Source: Camelus ferus (Eukaryota). Taken from it: a stretch of DNA of 64,000 nucleotides. Of this stretch, positions 51,452 through 64,000 are shown one piece after another. Positions within the stretch are counted from its first letter, which is position 1. Each line of letters begins with the position of its first letter. The DNA lies in NCBI RefSeq assembly GCF_009834535.1, contig NC_045696.1, positions 26,600,001 to 26,664,000 of the forward strand. Direction: 5' to 3'. The notes below the pieces were generated by a model, which saw nothing but the letters and a program-made list of their open reading frames with translations, did no database searches and was not told the origin of the DNA. The position numbers and the translations under genes were made by a program.

Positions 51452-53711
51452 GCAATGAATGTCTTTTCTGGCCTGTTCTAGGTCTGCCCAAAAGTGCCAT
51501 TTTTAACCTGTGAAGTTCCATATAATTAAAGCTCAGGTTTGTATCACTCAGAAAAGAAATCTAAAAATCAAGTGATTGTTGATGAGAAACTAACAAGAAA
51601 GTACCAGAAAATTTTTTATCACATGATGGCAAACAACAGAGTAATAAAACTAGAACATCTTGAAAATCTGCCAGTACTGTGTAGATGACATGAATAAATT
51701 ATTGGTGTTTTAGTAAATGGGGTCTTTTTAAAGGGAACATTACAGTACTTATCTCACAAACAATGTTGTGAGAAATAGCAAATGGAAAAAAGGATAAAAG
51801 AAGTCATATAAAAGCTTCCAATTATAATTTGTGCAAATAACATATGTTTTCACCCTTAGGGTGGAGAAAAGAAAAAAAGAGAGAGAGACCTTCACAAGAC
51901 AGAAAAGTATCGTGTAAGCAGAAAAACTGGGTCAGTGAGGTAGTATTTATTTTCCTGCATCAGCTCTAAGTATTGCTGAGAAATACAGATGAAAGAAAAC
52001 CCATGTAGAATAGAAACAGTTTGACCATGAAGTTATTAGGGTGAAAACCTTCAAAGTCAATCAGATTATGTCAGTCTATCTGAATGACATTTTAACTCCA
52101 GAATGTTAAAGGAAAGTGCCGTGGATAAGCGAAGGAACTTAGAACTTTTTGGATTCTGTGTTCAGCTGAGAACCCCCAGGAGTCTGTCATTTTCTAAGGA
52201 AAGTTGATGTCATTATTCAAGGCCATCAGAGCTTTTAAAGAGCTCTTTCCCTTAACGACTTATCACTGGTGTCATTAGTGAGTCAGCTTGACTTTTCTTT
52301 TCCCAGCCCCAGTTGAGCATCTTAAGATGGTTTGTTGTGTTTGGAAACATCACAGATATGAGGGCCTATGAGGTCTTCCAACGCCCGGAACATTTGCCTG
52401 GAGCTGGTGGTACCAGGGCACATCACCAGATCCCCTACCGTGTTTTTGCTTCCAATGACTTTCACAGTGATCCAGACAAGAGAAGCCATTTACGTCCATC
52501 ATCCTTTATTATCTACATCATTCTGTTGGCTACGGAAGATATTTCTTTTTTTTAAGTAAGAAGAGAAGGCCTCAAGTTAGAAAAAGAAAAGCAATTTAGT
52601 GGATATCAAGGGACTTTGAGGCGAATAAGAACTTTCTATATGAGAATAAGGAAATAAACCTGACAGAGATGACAAAAAGACACATCTTTCTGTCAACAGT
52701 CTTAACTTTAGTTCCGCTGAGATCCATTAGCAGCTGTGAAGTGTGAAAATTAGGAGCTAAAGCACAGATGATATTTTAAAACTGAGAATGCAGTAAGCGT
52801 TCACATTTCCTTATCACATCCCCTTTTATTCCATCCAACATGTTATACGTACTATTTTTTTTAATGATTTCTCAGATGCAAATATTGCCTCAGAGCTGTG
52901 ATGAGGGAACAACCTGGTTGGGGGCCATAGCATCAGGGGCCTATTTCATGAGACAATCTTCCAAGGGGACGGGGAAGAAAGCAGATGTTTGCCATCAACC
53001 ACTGCTGCAGGGGAGCTGCCATGCCTCCCTCCCTAGCTGCATGCTCCAGGCTGTGGTCCTGCACTCCCTTCCTCTGCTCTCACAGACACAGCAGCATGTC
53101 ATAATTCACATCCTGTCTTGTTGACACAGCTTGCTTCAGCTGTTCACCGAGCAAACTGTTTGTTCACCGAAACCGAAGACACAGCAGCTCTTTGTGGAGT
53201 GACTAAAAGGAGCTGCAGATTTCTGGACGGTGTGTGATGTCAGGTCCACTGCTGTGTGGGGGTCCAGAAACAGGACACAAATATGTTGACACTCTTTCAG
53301 TCCCAGCTACATACGGGGCATTTCCATCGCTGCTATTCGTGTAACACTCATTAGCTAAAACAGGGCCTGGGCCTCACACCACTACCAAAGCAGCTCGATC
53401 AAATGTCCCTCTCCGCCAAAAACGAGGAACCAGATGTGAAGGGGCAACAGCAACAGGGACTATTATATGGGAGATAAAAGCAACCTCTTTTTCAGGGCAT
53501 TGCCAATCAATCTTTGGCATGTCAATGATGTCAATCATGTCAATATATCATTGGCATCATCTTTGAATAAACTGAACCCTTCCTGTAACATATACATTTA
53601 CTTATTACTAGGGACAACCTAGTACTAAGTAATAAATTGGTGATTTACTACCAATGTATTATTTTATTTAGGGTATTTGTCCCATAAAACATGGTTGGCA
53701 CTTGTTAGCTC

Positions 53712-53845
53712 AGGGCAGCAAGGCTTAGTGGACAGAGAATTGATGTCGAAATTCACATGCCTGGTCTTGTCCCCAGCTGCACACAAATTATGCAACCTGA
53801 ACAAATTCATTTGAAGACTCAGTTTCCTTATCTATAAAGTGAGAT
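53712..53845 (+). mobile_element. MIR fragment
   Basis: GGCAGCAAGGCTTAGTGGACAGAG...CTCAGTTTCCTTATCTATAAAGTGAG. Confidence 0.7.
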
Positions 53846-54164
53846 CTAAGCTAGCTCAAAAACTCATTTAAGTTTTTAAAATGCCATTTTCTCCCAATTA
53901 ATGCTTAGTAATCAAAGCTGCAAATCAGTACAGTTGCAATCTAATCATCCTTCCAAATGATTACAAATACTTTTCAAAGACAAAGTCCAGATACTTTTCT
54001 CTGCTCTTCTAAAGCTTATATGTTCACAGAGAAAACTTTCCCAAGAAGAATGGGCAGTTTTGCATAATCAGTTCACTCTTCTTTTTTGTTTTTTCTATTC
54101 CACTCTGAATGTTCAGGTCCAGGACTCTACACATTTTCTGGTTGGTGTTTTTGGTCTTTAGTCT

Positions 54165-54560
54165 ACCTGCCCTTGCCCCCTGCCTCCCCCATCCAACTCC
54201 TTTACATCACAGCCAGAATCATCTTTTAAAAACTATTTCATTATTTCATTCCCCTTTTCCAGGGATAAAATATTTCTCTGTTGCCTGTCAAATCAAGTCT
54301 AAATTATTTGGTCTAGCTTTCAAGACCTTCATATTTTTATGTTTTAATTTTATAAATGCTCCAGCATTATCCACTAGAGCCAGGGCAGTTTCCTTAATGA
54401 CTGAGTTATATTGCTTTTATTTCTCAGTGGTCCTTTTTCACTTCTTATGTCATTTACATGCCTGGAAGCTTTTTCCTTTTCTACTTGATTTAACTGGGTT
54501 CTGCTCATCCTTCAAAACCCAGTTTAAACTCCTTCAGGCTGCCTCCTCCCAGGATCTCAT
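54165..54560 (+). mobile_element. L2 3' region fragment
   Basis: CACAGCCAGAATCATCTTTTAAAA...AAATCAAGTCTAAATT...CTCATCCTTCAAAACCCAGTTTAAA; accounts for the 159-aa ORF. Confidence 0.65.
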
Positions 54561-55346
54561 AGGGTTCTCCAGTTTCTCTTTGCAATAATGGTCAACAGTG
54601 GCACTTTTGGGTGACATGTGTTAATGCTTTTCCAGTCCATCCAAGTTTGAAACCTAATGAGAAAAATGGTGCTTGAAATAGTACCTTTATGACAAGGAAA
54701 GTCTCAGTTGGAAGTTGTGACTTATCTAGAGCAAGGGTGCAGGAAACTGACATTCATTATTTCAGGCCAAAGTTGAACAACCACACCCTACAGCCTGGCA
54801 GATCACTGCCTGGAGCCCATCTCCCTGCCAGCAGGGCTCAGGGAGAGTCATAAATATAATCCACACGAAGTTACTCCATGTAGAAACCTGATACCTCTAC
54901 TTCTTGATCAATATAAAAGAGCAAACACATAGCAACCTTGTTGGTGCTTTACACACATTAAATCCGGCTCCCCAGTTAAATTCTAAGCCTTAAAAGGGCA
55001 TGACCCATTATCTGAATTTCTTTCATTTCTCACAGGGCTAAGCATACAATATTGGTCAAAAATTAATTACTGTCTGATTGCTTAAGAAATTCAGCTGTTC
55101 TTTATTTTTACAATTAAAATGTACATTATGAATTTGTGTGTGCATGTTGAATGTGAACAAACATAAATATTTGCCAATAACAATAATTTTAAGCCCAGTT
55201 ATGAACTTCTAAGAGAAGTGCATATAAAAAAAAGTCATATATAGAGAATATTTTTTGTTAAAGCAGATGGTTTTGTTAAGAATTATAACTACTGAAACTT
55301 GTATTTCTGGTGCAGTATAAATGAACACAATTCAAAGTAAAGACAA

Positions 55347-55451
55347 TGAATATATATGTATGTTCATGTATAACTGAAAAATTGTGCTCTACACTGGAAT
55401 TTGACACAACATTGTAAAATGACTATAACTCAATAAAAAAATGTTTAAAAA
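55347..55451 (+). mobile_element. Very short L1 3'-end insertion with TSD
   Basis: L1 terminal sequence with AATAAA and A tail; TSD AAAGTAAAGACAA (55334-55346) / AAAGTAAATACAA (55452-55464). Confidence 0.88.
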
Positions 55452-55929
55452 AAAGTAAATACAACAACAAACAAACAAAACCTGTCATATTTTGTTAGTT
55501 TTTTTTTGTTAAGAAAGGAAGTCAAATTGTACATTATTTGCCTTAATGGGGTATTGTTAGTCACCCATTTTACTAATATTAAGGGAGAAGGTCAATTTTT
55601 AACTACAATGTAGGAGACTTTCCTGGTGTCACAAACTTGGAATAAACTTGGGGAGAGAATATTAACGTTTTAAGTGTTATACTGAAAGTTTACAAAATGG
55701 TAAAATGTGTAATGGTACTCTAAGAATAATCACAGTTAATTCATTTTAATAAGCTAGATGTCTTTTAAGGACTAATTACTCCTGGCTACCCTTATAACAT
55801 TATAAATATCTTTCCTAAAGTTTCTATTATAAAATTTTAAAATTTTATTCCTTTTCCACTTGCATTTTGCTGGATTTTTCCGATATTTATGGAATACCTA
55901 ATAAGGGAGGGAGAGGCAGAGAAGCTATA

Positions 55930-56062
55930 AAAAATTTATATATATGATGATTTATATAATCTATATTATACATTTTAAAATTTATATTATGATATATATT
56001 TTATATTAATGTTACATATAAGTTTATTATATATCATAATAAATATAATATGATATATTACA
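55930..56062. repeat. AT-rich low-complexity tract
   Basis: Degenerate (TA)n. Confidence 0.8.
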
Positions 56063-56089
56063 TGTTGCATTCTATACAGTTTTTCCTTG

Positions 56090-56228
56090 GTGACATTCTT
56101 TTTGATCTTAGCCCAAGGGAACCCATTTCAGACTTCTGATCTTCAGCACTATAAAATAATAAACGTGGCTTGTTTTAAGCCACTAGGTTTGTGGTAATTT
56201 GTTACAGCAGCAATAAGAAAACAATACA
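56090..56228 (+). mobile_element. MLT1 LTR 3' fragment
   Basis: TTTTAAGCCACTAGGTTTGTGGTAATTTGTTACAGCAGCAATAAGAAAACAATACA. Confidence 0.85.
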
Positions 56229-56649
56229 CTGACATTCATTTAGAAATGAGGGAAGATTCAAGTATAAGCTAACTTTACACTTATTAAAACATTCTGTGAT
56301 GTTAAATAAATTGATTAATCTTCCCAAAGTCTTAAGCCCTTGTTGAAACAAAAGTTAGAGCATCATAAAACTTCCCTAGAACTTCTCTTTTTACCTTTTC
56401 AAAGGTTTGAAGAAAAATTTCAAAGCTAACTTGAATACAGGATATCCCTGGTTTGGATAATCCATATAGATTTATGTCTAAGTCAAAAGAAGCTCTATAA
56501 CCTTGGGTTGGAGTACTTCCTACTACTGATCAATAGAACTTGCCTATGTTTGTGCTTGGAATTACTTATGATCTCCCTGGCACGCAATTAAATTTAATGC
56601 TCACCAATTTTCGGTAAAGACTTCCTAAGCACTGTTGACTTTTTATAAG

Positions 56650-59600
56650 TTTACATTTTTAATTTACTTGAAACAAAATCTACTCTTTTTGATTCTGTGA
56701 GTTTTGAGAAATGCATATATCTGTATGTTCACCACTAGAATCAAGATATAGAATGTTTCCACCAACCAGAAAATTCCCTCATGTTATCCTTTTGTAGTAA
56801 GGCATCCTTCCCAACCCCAACCTTCAGCAACCATCTATCTGTCTTTTATCCCTACAGTTTTATATTTTCCATAATGCTATTTAAAGATAACTATACAATA
56901 ACTTGTATAATCACCTTTTGTATATGAGTTATTTTACTTAGTAAAATAATGCACTTGAGGTTTTAACATGTGCTGAAGTATATCAGTAGTTCATTTATTT
57001 TTATTGCTGAGTAGTTTTCCATTGCATGGATGCACCAGTTTGTTTACCCATTCCCAGATAAGAGCGATCAGGGTGGTTTCTTATTTTTTGTTATTATAAA
57101 TAAAGTTGCTATAAATACTTATATGCAGGTTTTTGATGACTGTAAGTTTTCATTTCTTCCTATCAGTGGGAACGATGGATCCTAAGGTTAATTTTATATT
57201 ACATGGCCAACTGCCTTTTCTAACGTGGCAGCATCATTTCTGCTTTCCTGCCAGTTATGCGTGGCTGTTCTGTGTGCTCTATGACTTGCCAGGATCTGCT
57301 CTTGTCGTTTTCTTTTTCATTTCTTTCTTTTTAAAAAAGTAATTCAAATAGGTTTAACATTGTTGATTTAACTTCAGTTTCCCTAAAAATTATGTTGAGC
57401 ATCTTTTCACATTCTCATTTATACCTATTTATCTCCCATGGTAAATATATTTTCAAATCTTTCACCTATTTTTAAAATTGGGGTTTTTGTTTGTTTCATT
57501 ACTGGTGAGTTAGAAAAGTCATTATATATTCTAGATATAATTCCTTTGAGATAAATCATCTGCAAATATTTCTTACAGTCTATGGTTAAATTAAAGTTTT
57601 TAATTTTGATTAAAGCCCACTTTTAACCACTTGTTTCTTTTATAAATTGTGCCTTTTTGGGGGTCATATTTAAGAACTCTTGGCCTAATCAAAGGCTACA
57701 AAGATATTTTTATATGTGTTCAGGAAGTTTTATAGTTTTTTATATTTAAGTCTATGATACATCTTGATTTAATTTTTGCATGAGGTGTGAAGTATGGGTT
57801 AATTTTTTGTTTAGTTTTGTTTGCATATAAATGTCCACTTATTCCAGCATCATTTGATAAGACCGTATTTTTTCCATTCAGCTGCCTCTGCAACTTAACC
57901 AAAAATCTTTTTACTATATTTGTGTGGGTTTATTTCTTGATTCTCTTTCCTATTCAACTGATACATGTCTCTTTTTGTCGATATAATGCTTTTTTTTTAA
58001 CTGTAGATTTAAAGCAAAGCTTGAAATCAAGTAATGTGAATTCTCCAACTTTCTTTCAGCTATCCTAATTACTTTGCCTTTCCATATGAATGCTAGAATA
58101 TGCTTGTCAATTTCTATAAATGTCATGCTGGGATTTTTATTAAGATGAAAAATCCCAATTTAAGAATAATTAACATCTTAACACTACTGAGTCCTCTAAT
58201 CTATAATCATTGTATAACTCTATTAATTCTGCTTTTCTTTCATTTTTTTATAGGGTTCAGCATAATGAGTCTGCAAATATCTTCTTATATTTATATCTAA
58301 GTATTTCTTTTTCTTTGGTGCTATTGTAAATTGTATTGTTTTTTTTTTTTTTACATTTTGCATTTCAGTTGCTCATTACTGCTATAGAGAATACAATTGA
58401 TTTTAAAAAATATATTGGTCTTGTATACTACAATTTCGTATGGAGTTAAACTCACTTAATGCTAGAACGTTTTGCAGAATATACATATACAGTTCATGAA
58501 TATACATATACAGTTATATTATTTGTGAATAGAGAATATTTCGATTATTCTTTTCCAGTCTGGATGCCTTTATTCTCTTTTGTTGCTTTATTGCATTGTC
58601 CGAGACTTTCAGCATGTTGACTGAAAATTGTGAGAGCAAAGTCCTTGCCTTATTCCCCATCTTGAGTAGGAAAAATAAGACAGAAGTATGATATTGGCTG
58701 CAGGTCTTTTGTAGAAGCCTTTGTCAGTTTGAGAAGGTCCTATCTATTCCTAGTTGGCTAAGAGTTTTTAATCATTGATGGAATATGGAATTTTGTCAAA
58801 TGCTTTTCCTACACTTATTGAAATAATCATGGCTTTTCTTAGTCTATCAATATGAAGTACATGGATTGTTTAACAAATATTATATCAGTCTTGCATTCAC
58901 AGAATAAATCTTGCCTGTTTGTGATGTTATGCTTTACTTACATGCTTGTGAAATTGGTTTCATCATAATTTTGAGATTTTGAAATTTATACTTATGGAAG
59001 CTATCGGTCTGCAATTTTCTTTTCTTCCAATGTCTTTGGTTTTGATATAAAGGTAACTATGGCTTCATAAAATTACTTGGGAAGTCTCCCTCTTCTTCTT
59101 TTTTCTAAAAAGGTTGCAGAGAATTTGAATTATTTCTTCCTTGAATATCCAAAAATGGGCAGAAGACCTAAACAAGCAATTCTCCAAGGAAGAAATACAA
59201 ACGATCAATAGGCATATGAAAAAATGCTCAATATCACTAATTATTTCTTCCCTGAATGTTCGATAGATGTCACCAGTGAAATTATCTGTACCTGGAATTT
59301 TCTGCCATGAAAAGATTTGTAACTATTAATCCAAATTTTGAATCATTGCAGGAACCTTCAGACTATTTATTTCTTCTTGGGTAAGGTCTGGAAATTTGTG
59401 TGTTTCAAAGAACTGGTCCAAGGTATCTAAGTGTTTTTCATGCTTTTCCCGTATTAACAGTTTATTGCCCATGAATTATGTACGATAATTCATTTTTCAT
59501 TCCTAGTATTGGTATATTATGATTTTTCATTTTTTTGTTTTTTTGGTTAATTAGTCTATATGCTTACTAATGTCATTAATCTTTTCAAAGAAGGAGACTT

Positions 59601-61950
59601 TGGTTGATTTTTTTCTATTGTTTTTATTGTGCTCTTTATTATTTATTTCCTTTAAGTGTAATTTGCTTTTGTGTTGTTTTTCCTAGTTTTTTGTGGAGTT
59701 TTTTTTGTCCATCCTCTCTGACTCATTGAAGTGTGATTTTTTTAAAATTGCAAGTATTTTGAAATTGTCCAGATAGTTTTCTGTTAATGATTTCTAATTT
59801 AATATTTTGTGGTCAGTTTTTTGTGATCAGTTAACGTTTTAGGTCATTATGGCCTAAAAACATACTTTGCATGATATCTATATTTTAATATTTATTAAAG
59901 TATGTTCTATGGTACATATATACCATATGAATTTTGGTGACTATTCCAAATGCATTAAAAATGTGTGTTTTACTGCTGCTGGGTGAAGTATTCTGTAAAT
60001 GTTAAAGTGATGGATATTGCTGATTTTATGCCTACTTATTCTATCAATTATTGAAAGAGGAGTATTTAAGTCTTCAGCTATCCTTACAGATTGCTAAATG
60101 TGTATTCACCCTGTAATTTTCAGTTCTATCAGCTTTTATTTTATGTATTTTGAAATTATAGGGTGAATACATATTTAGGACAGTTAATATTTTTTAGAAG
60201 ATTGGACACTTTATCATTATGTAATGTCACTCTTTGTCCCTTTTAATTTTCTTATTTCTAAAGTTACTTTGCTTGATATTAATATAGTTACTCCAGCTTT
60301 ATTTTGAATTGCGTTTGCATGGCATATCTTTTTCCATATTTTACTTTTAAGCTACCTATGTTTATATTTAAAGTGTACTTTTTGTAGATGGCATTTATGT
60401 GTGTTTATCTTTTTTTATCCAATATGACAACCTCTCACCAGCAATTGATGTGTTTGAACCACTTACATTTAGTGTAATTATAGCTATAGTTAGAATAAAA
60501 TCTATTATTTGCTAGCTATTTTCTGTTTTTTGATCTGTTCTTTGCTTCACTTTTTCTCTTTTCTGCCTTCCCTGGGAGTAATTGAGCAGTTTTTATGATT
60601 TTGTCTTAGCTCCATTGTTGATCTATTACTTATACCTCTTTAAAAAAATGAAGTAGTTTTCCTAGTGTATACAGGAAGCACAGAGTATACTTTCAAATAA
60701 TTTTACGATATATTTCTAATTCCTCTCTCCAATTTTTGTTACTGCTTTAATACATTTTAATTTTACATATGATATAAGTAGAATGTATCACTACTAGTCT
60801 TACTTTTAGATAGTTATCTTTCAGAGCCAGAAAGAAAAAATAAATTTTATTTTGCCTTCACTCATTTTAGTTCCAGTCCTATTTATTTCTTGTGTAGATT
60901 CAAGGTACTGTCTAGTATCATATTCCTTCTGCTTGAAAATTTCCTTCAAGATTTTCTTGTAATGTAGAGCTATTGGCAATGACTTTTCTCAGTTTGGGTT
61001 TGCCTCAGAAAATCTTTCATTTATAAGAAATATTCTCACTGAGTATAGATGGTTTTGCTTCTTGGTTTTTTTCTTTCAGCACTTAAAAGACGTCACTTGA
61101 TGGTGTTCTAGCTTGCATGGTATCTAACAAGAAGCCGTCTTTGATTCTTATCTTTGTTCCTTTGTACATACGGTATCTTTGTTTTCCCCTGGCTGCCTTC
61201 TAGAGTCTCTCCTTGTCTTTGATTTTCAGCAGTTTGAATATGGGATGCCTAGATGTATGAGCTTATTCATTTATTTAATCCTGCTGTTGTTCTATGATCT
61301 TTTTAAATATATGGTTTGATATTTATTATTAACTTTGGATAATTCTTGGCCATTATTTATTTATACATTTCTCTGTTCTTTCTCTTTAGCCTCCAGAAGT
61401 CCAAATACATGCAGGTTAGATCATCTGATCAGCTTTTGAACATTCTATTCTGTAGGGTTTTTTTCCCTCTCATTCAGTTTGGCATCTTCTACAGACATTT
61501 CACTGACCTATTCCGTAGCTGTTTTGAGTCTACAAATGAGTCTGTTGAAGGCATTCCTCATCTTTTACTGTATTTTTCATTTCTCTTATTTCTACTTGTT
61601 TCTTACGGTCTCATCACTCTATTGAGAACACCTACCTGACTTCGCACATCTTCCATCTTTTGCATTGCAACATTTAGCTTTGATACTAATCATAGTTGTT
61701 TTCAATTCACCATCTGATATTTCCAACCTCTGTGTCATTTCTGATTTTGATCCATAAATTCCTGTTTTCCTTAACAAGAGTACATTGTCTTCTTCTTTTT
61801 CTTTTCTTTTTCAGGTTATTTAGTCACTCTGCAAACTAGCTTTCTGATGGGCTTAGGAAAAGCTGTGAATTTGAAGTTTGTCAGTTTTGTTGTCGTTATT
61901 TTAATGGTGGGAGTTTTACTTTTTCCTGTTTATTATATCCCAAGTGGGAA
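56650..61950 (-). mobile_element. Large old L1 (3'UTR, ORF2 with deletions, ORF1 region)
   Basis: Continuous antisense L1 landmarks; minus ORF 57720-57902 contains INPYFTPHAKIKSRCIIDLNIK (compare L1 ORF2 [21 protein letters not shown]). Confidence 0.93.
59147..59238 (+). mobile_element. Internal L1 ORF2 fragment inserted in opposite orientation, flanked by a 19-bp duplication
   Basis: Translates as [31 protein letters not shown]; flanks AATTATTTCTTCC(T/C)TGAAT. Confidence 0.88.
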
Positions 61951-62499
61951 TGAAAAACCAGCACTGTATACTTTAAGAAAATAAGTAAATTGTCTTTGTT
62001 TTGAGGCAGCATATAGGCCGCTTTGGATTTATGCAGCAGGAATAAGTTAGGGGGATCAGAAAGGAACAGATACCTAAACAGCTATGATAGGATTCATTAG
62101 TTTTATTCAAGGCATATTTATCATGTATATACACTGCCAGATCCAATAAAAGTTTCAGCAAAATAATTAATGTGAAATCAGAGGCTTGTTATAATTATTA
62201 GTTTATATTTTGTAATAGCTTATAATATAGGCGTTATTACTTCTGTCAGTATTGAGAATACAATGCAGTAATTTCCCCAATGTCATATCTATGGTAATTA
62301 CTGAGGCCAGGATTCAGACCTTAGCTGACATGCCAAAGCTCGAGTATCCATCATATTTTACATTTAACTGGAGGCAAAATGAGAAAACGTCTCATTAAGT
62401 ATATATTATTTGTGGTAGACTAAGAAATATTAAAACCACATAAGGCCTACTGAAATAATTCAGATTAAAGAATAATTAGGCATATAAATACATAATTAA

Positions 62500-63150
62500 A
62501 AGAGACAAATTAATGTTAGAATTATAGGGAGATCAAATCTACAAAACCTGGATGTGGAGTTAATAGAACTCAACTGGTGACTGCAGATGTTGTCAAAAAG
62601 TAGATGTTTTGAACAAGGGGAGGATTAATAAAGAAGCAGAAGAATGAGGTGATGAGTTAGGCTTAAATATAATATCTTGAATTGCTGAAAGCACGTATAT
62701 GGCCTCATGTCTAGTAGATAGATAGGAGGTCATAGTTTGAGAGAGGATTGAAATAGAGAAATAGGCTTGGTACATATCTAAAAGGAAAATCATTAAACTT
62801 GTGGAAGCAAATGATATTCCAGGATTATTAGGGTGCTGGAAGAGAAAAAAAATAATGTCAAAAATAACCCTTGCTGGATACCTAAATTTTAAGAATGGGA
62901 GGAGAAACAGATGTCAAAGGTGATTGTCAAAGACTCAATGTGTTGGTAGTCAGACAGAAAGGAGAAACTGTTTGTCATAAAAGCCAAGGGAAAAGAACTT
63001 CAAAAAAAAAAAATAGCAAGTTTAACTATGTCAATGTTTATCTTGAACTAAGTGGGGGAAAGCAATATGTGAACAGGCTATTAAACTTCTTGATGAAGAC
63101 ATTGTTAGTGAGCAGTTAGTTCAAGAAGTCTTGTGGGGCAGAAGCCATTA
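62500..63150 (-). mobile_element. Decayed L2 fragment
   Basis: AG-rich sequence with antisense L2-like pieces (GGAGATCAAATCTACAAAACCTGG, GTCATAAAAGCCAAGGGAAAAGA). Confidence 0.55.
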
Positions 63151-64000
63151 AAGCAAGAAAATATATTCTTATTTCTGATTTTTATTAAATATGTATATTC
63201 ATTTTGTAAGAATTTACCCAAGCATCCTTTAATGCGACAACATATGCAGTGCTTTGGAAAAGTTTTACATTATACACAAATGCAGATAGGCAAAGTTAAT
63301 TTATTTTATTTTATTTTTGCCTTTTTGCCCCCAAAATTTTCATAAAATTTATGCAAAAATGAATTTCAAGATTTTTATCGATTATATTTTTTCTTCCCTT
63401 TAATATTTTCCTTGAATTTGTCAAAATACGGGCATGATTGTAGTATACATTTTTAAACTTTTTCTGAGCATGAGATAAATGCCTGTTTAAAAATACTTAG
63501 TTTAGGTTGTCTTGCTTGGTGTTTTATTTGCACAAGCTCATTTCACTTTCTTTGGTTAGCCATGCACATCTCTAATTTCAATTAGAATACTGGTCAGGAT
63601 CACAGTCCATTTCAGTGTCATTTGTATCAATTCTTTTTTGTTACAGGATTCTTTATGCTAAATTACTGGAAGCAGTGAAATCTTCAGTAGCATCGACCCA
63701 GGAAGAGTTAATTTTCAAGGCTGAACTGTTCCCAGAGTTCCCACTGTAATTGCTTCTGATTATTTGTATGTTGTAATGAAGCAATAATGATCAAAGCACA
63801 GGGTATTTCTTAGGGATTCATGACTGGATGGCTTCGCTTCAGGCCATTAACCCTAGTCATGAATTCCCCTGGAACTGCATTGTGCTGAGGTCATTATTGT
63901 TAATAACAGAGCTGTATGAAAACATTTGCACACACTCTGGAGTAAAATTGTTGATTATTTTCTGCCTGTAAAGTTTTGTGATTGAGAAAACTGTGAGTGG

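Noticed and set aside
54109..54588. 159-aa hydrophobic ORF resembling a secreted or membrane protein
   Set aside because: The hydrophobicity comes from T-rich L2-like sequence; no gene context.
1..64000. CRISPR array, prokaryotic system, intact provirus, intact L1 or a novel multi-gene system
   Set aside because: No repeat-spacer arrays, no long ORFs, no gag/pol/env next to the LTRs and all L1 ORFs are disrupted; the window is mammalian non-coding DNA.

Overview
AT-rich, CpG-depleted mammalian nuclear DNA that reads as intergenic or deep intronic. It is most likely from a camelid (alpaca/vicuna/camel lineage), inferred from two tRNA-derived SINEs resembling the camelid vic-1 family. I cannot support any protein-coding exon, true tRNA, rRNA or CRISPR. 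The supplied ORFs are chance frames or decayed transposon sequence. Much of the window is interspersed repeat: L1 fragments of several ages, L2, CR1/L3, MIR, MaLR (MLT1) LTRs, two ERV-type solo LTRs with intact target-site duplications (TSDs), SINEs and microsatellites. Between them lie repeat-poor unique blocks with dense transcription-factor motifs that look like candidate enhancers. I see no evidence of a new biological system. The most unusual observations are atypical retrotransposition or repair products: a TSD-flanked, poly(A)-less internal L1 ORF2 fragment; an unidentified ~205 bp coding-looking insert at an L1 endonuclease site; an L1 split by a block carrying apparently older repeats; and a possible twin-primed L1. 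Repeat family names come from recalled consensus similarity, not from a search, and the boundaries of old repeats are approximate.
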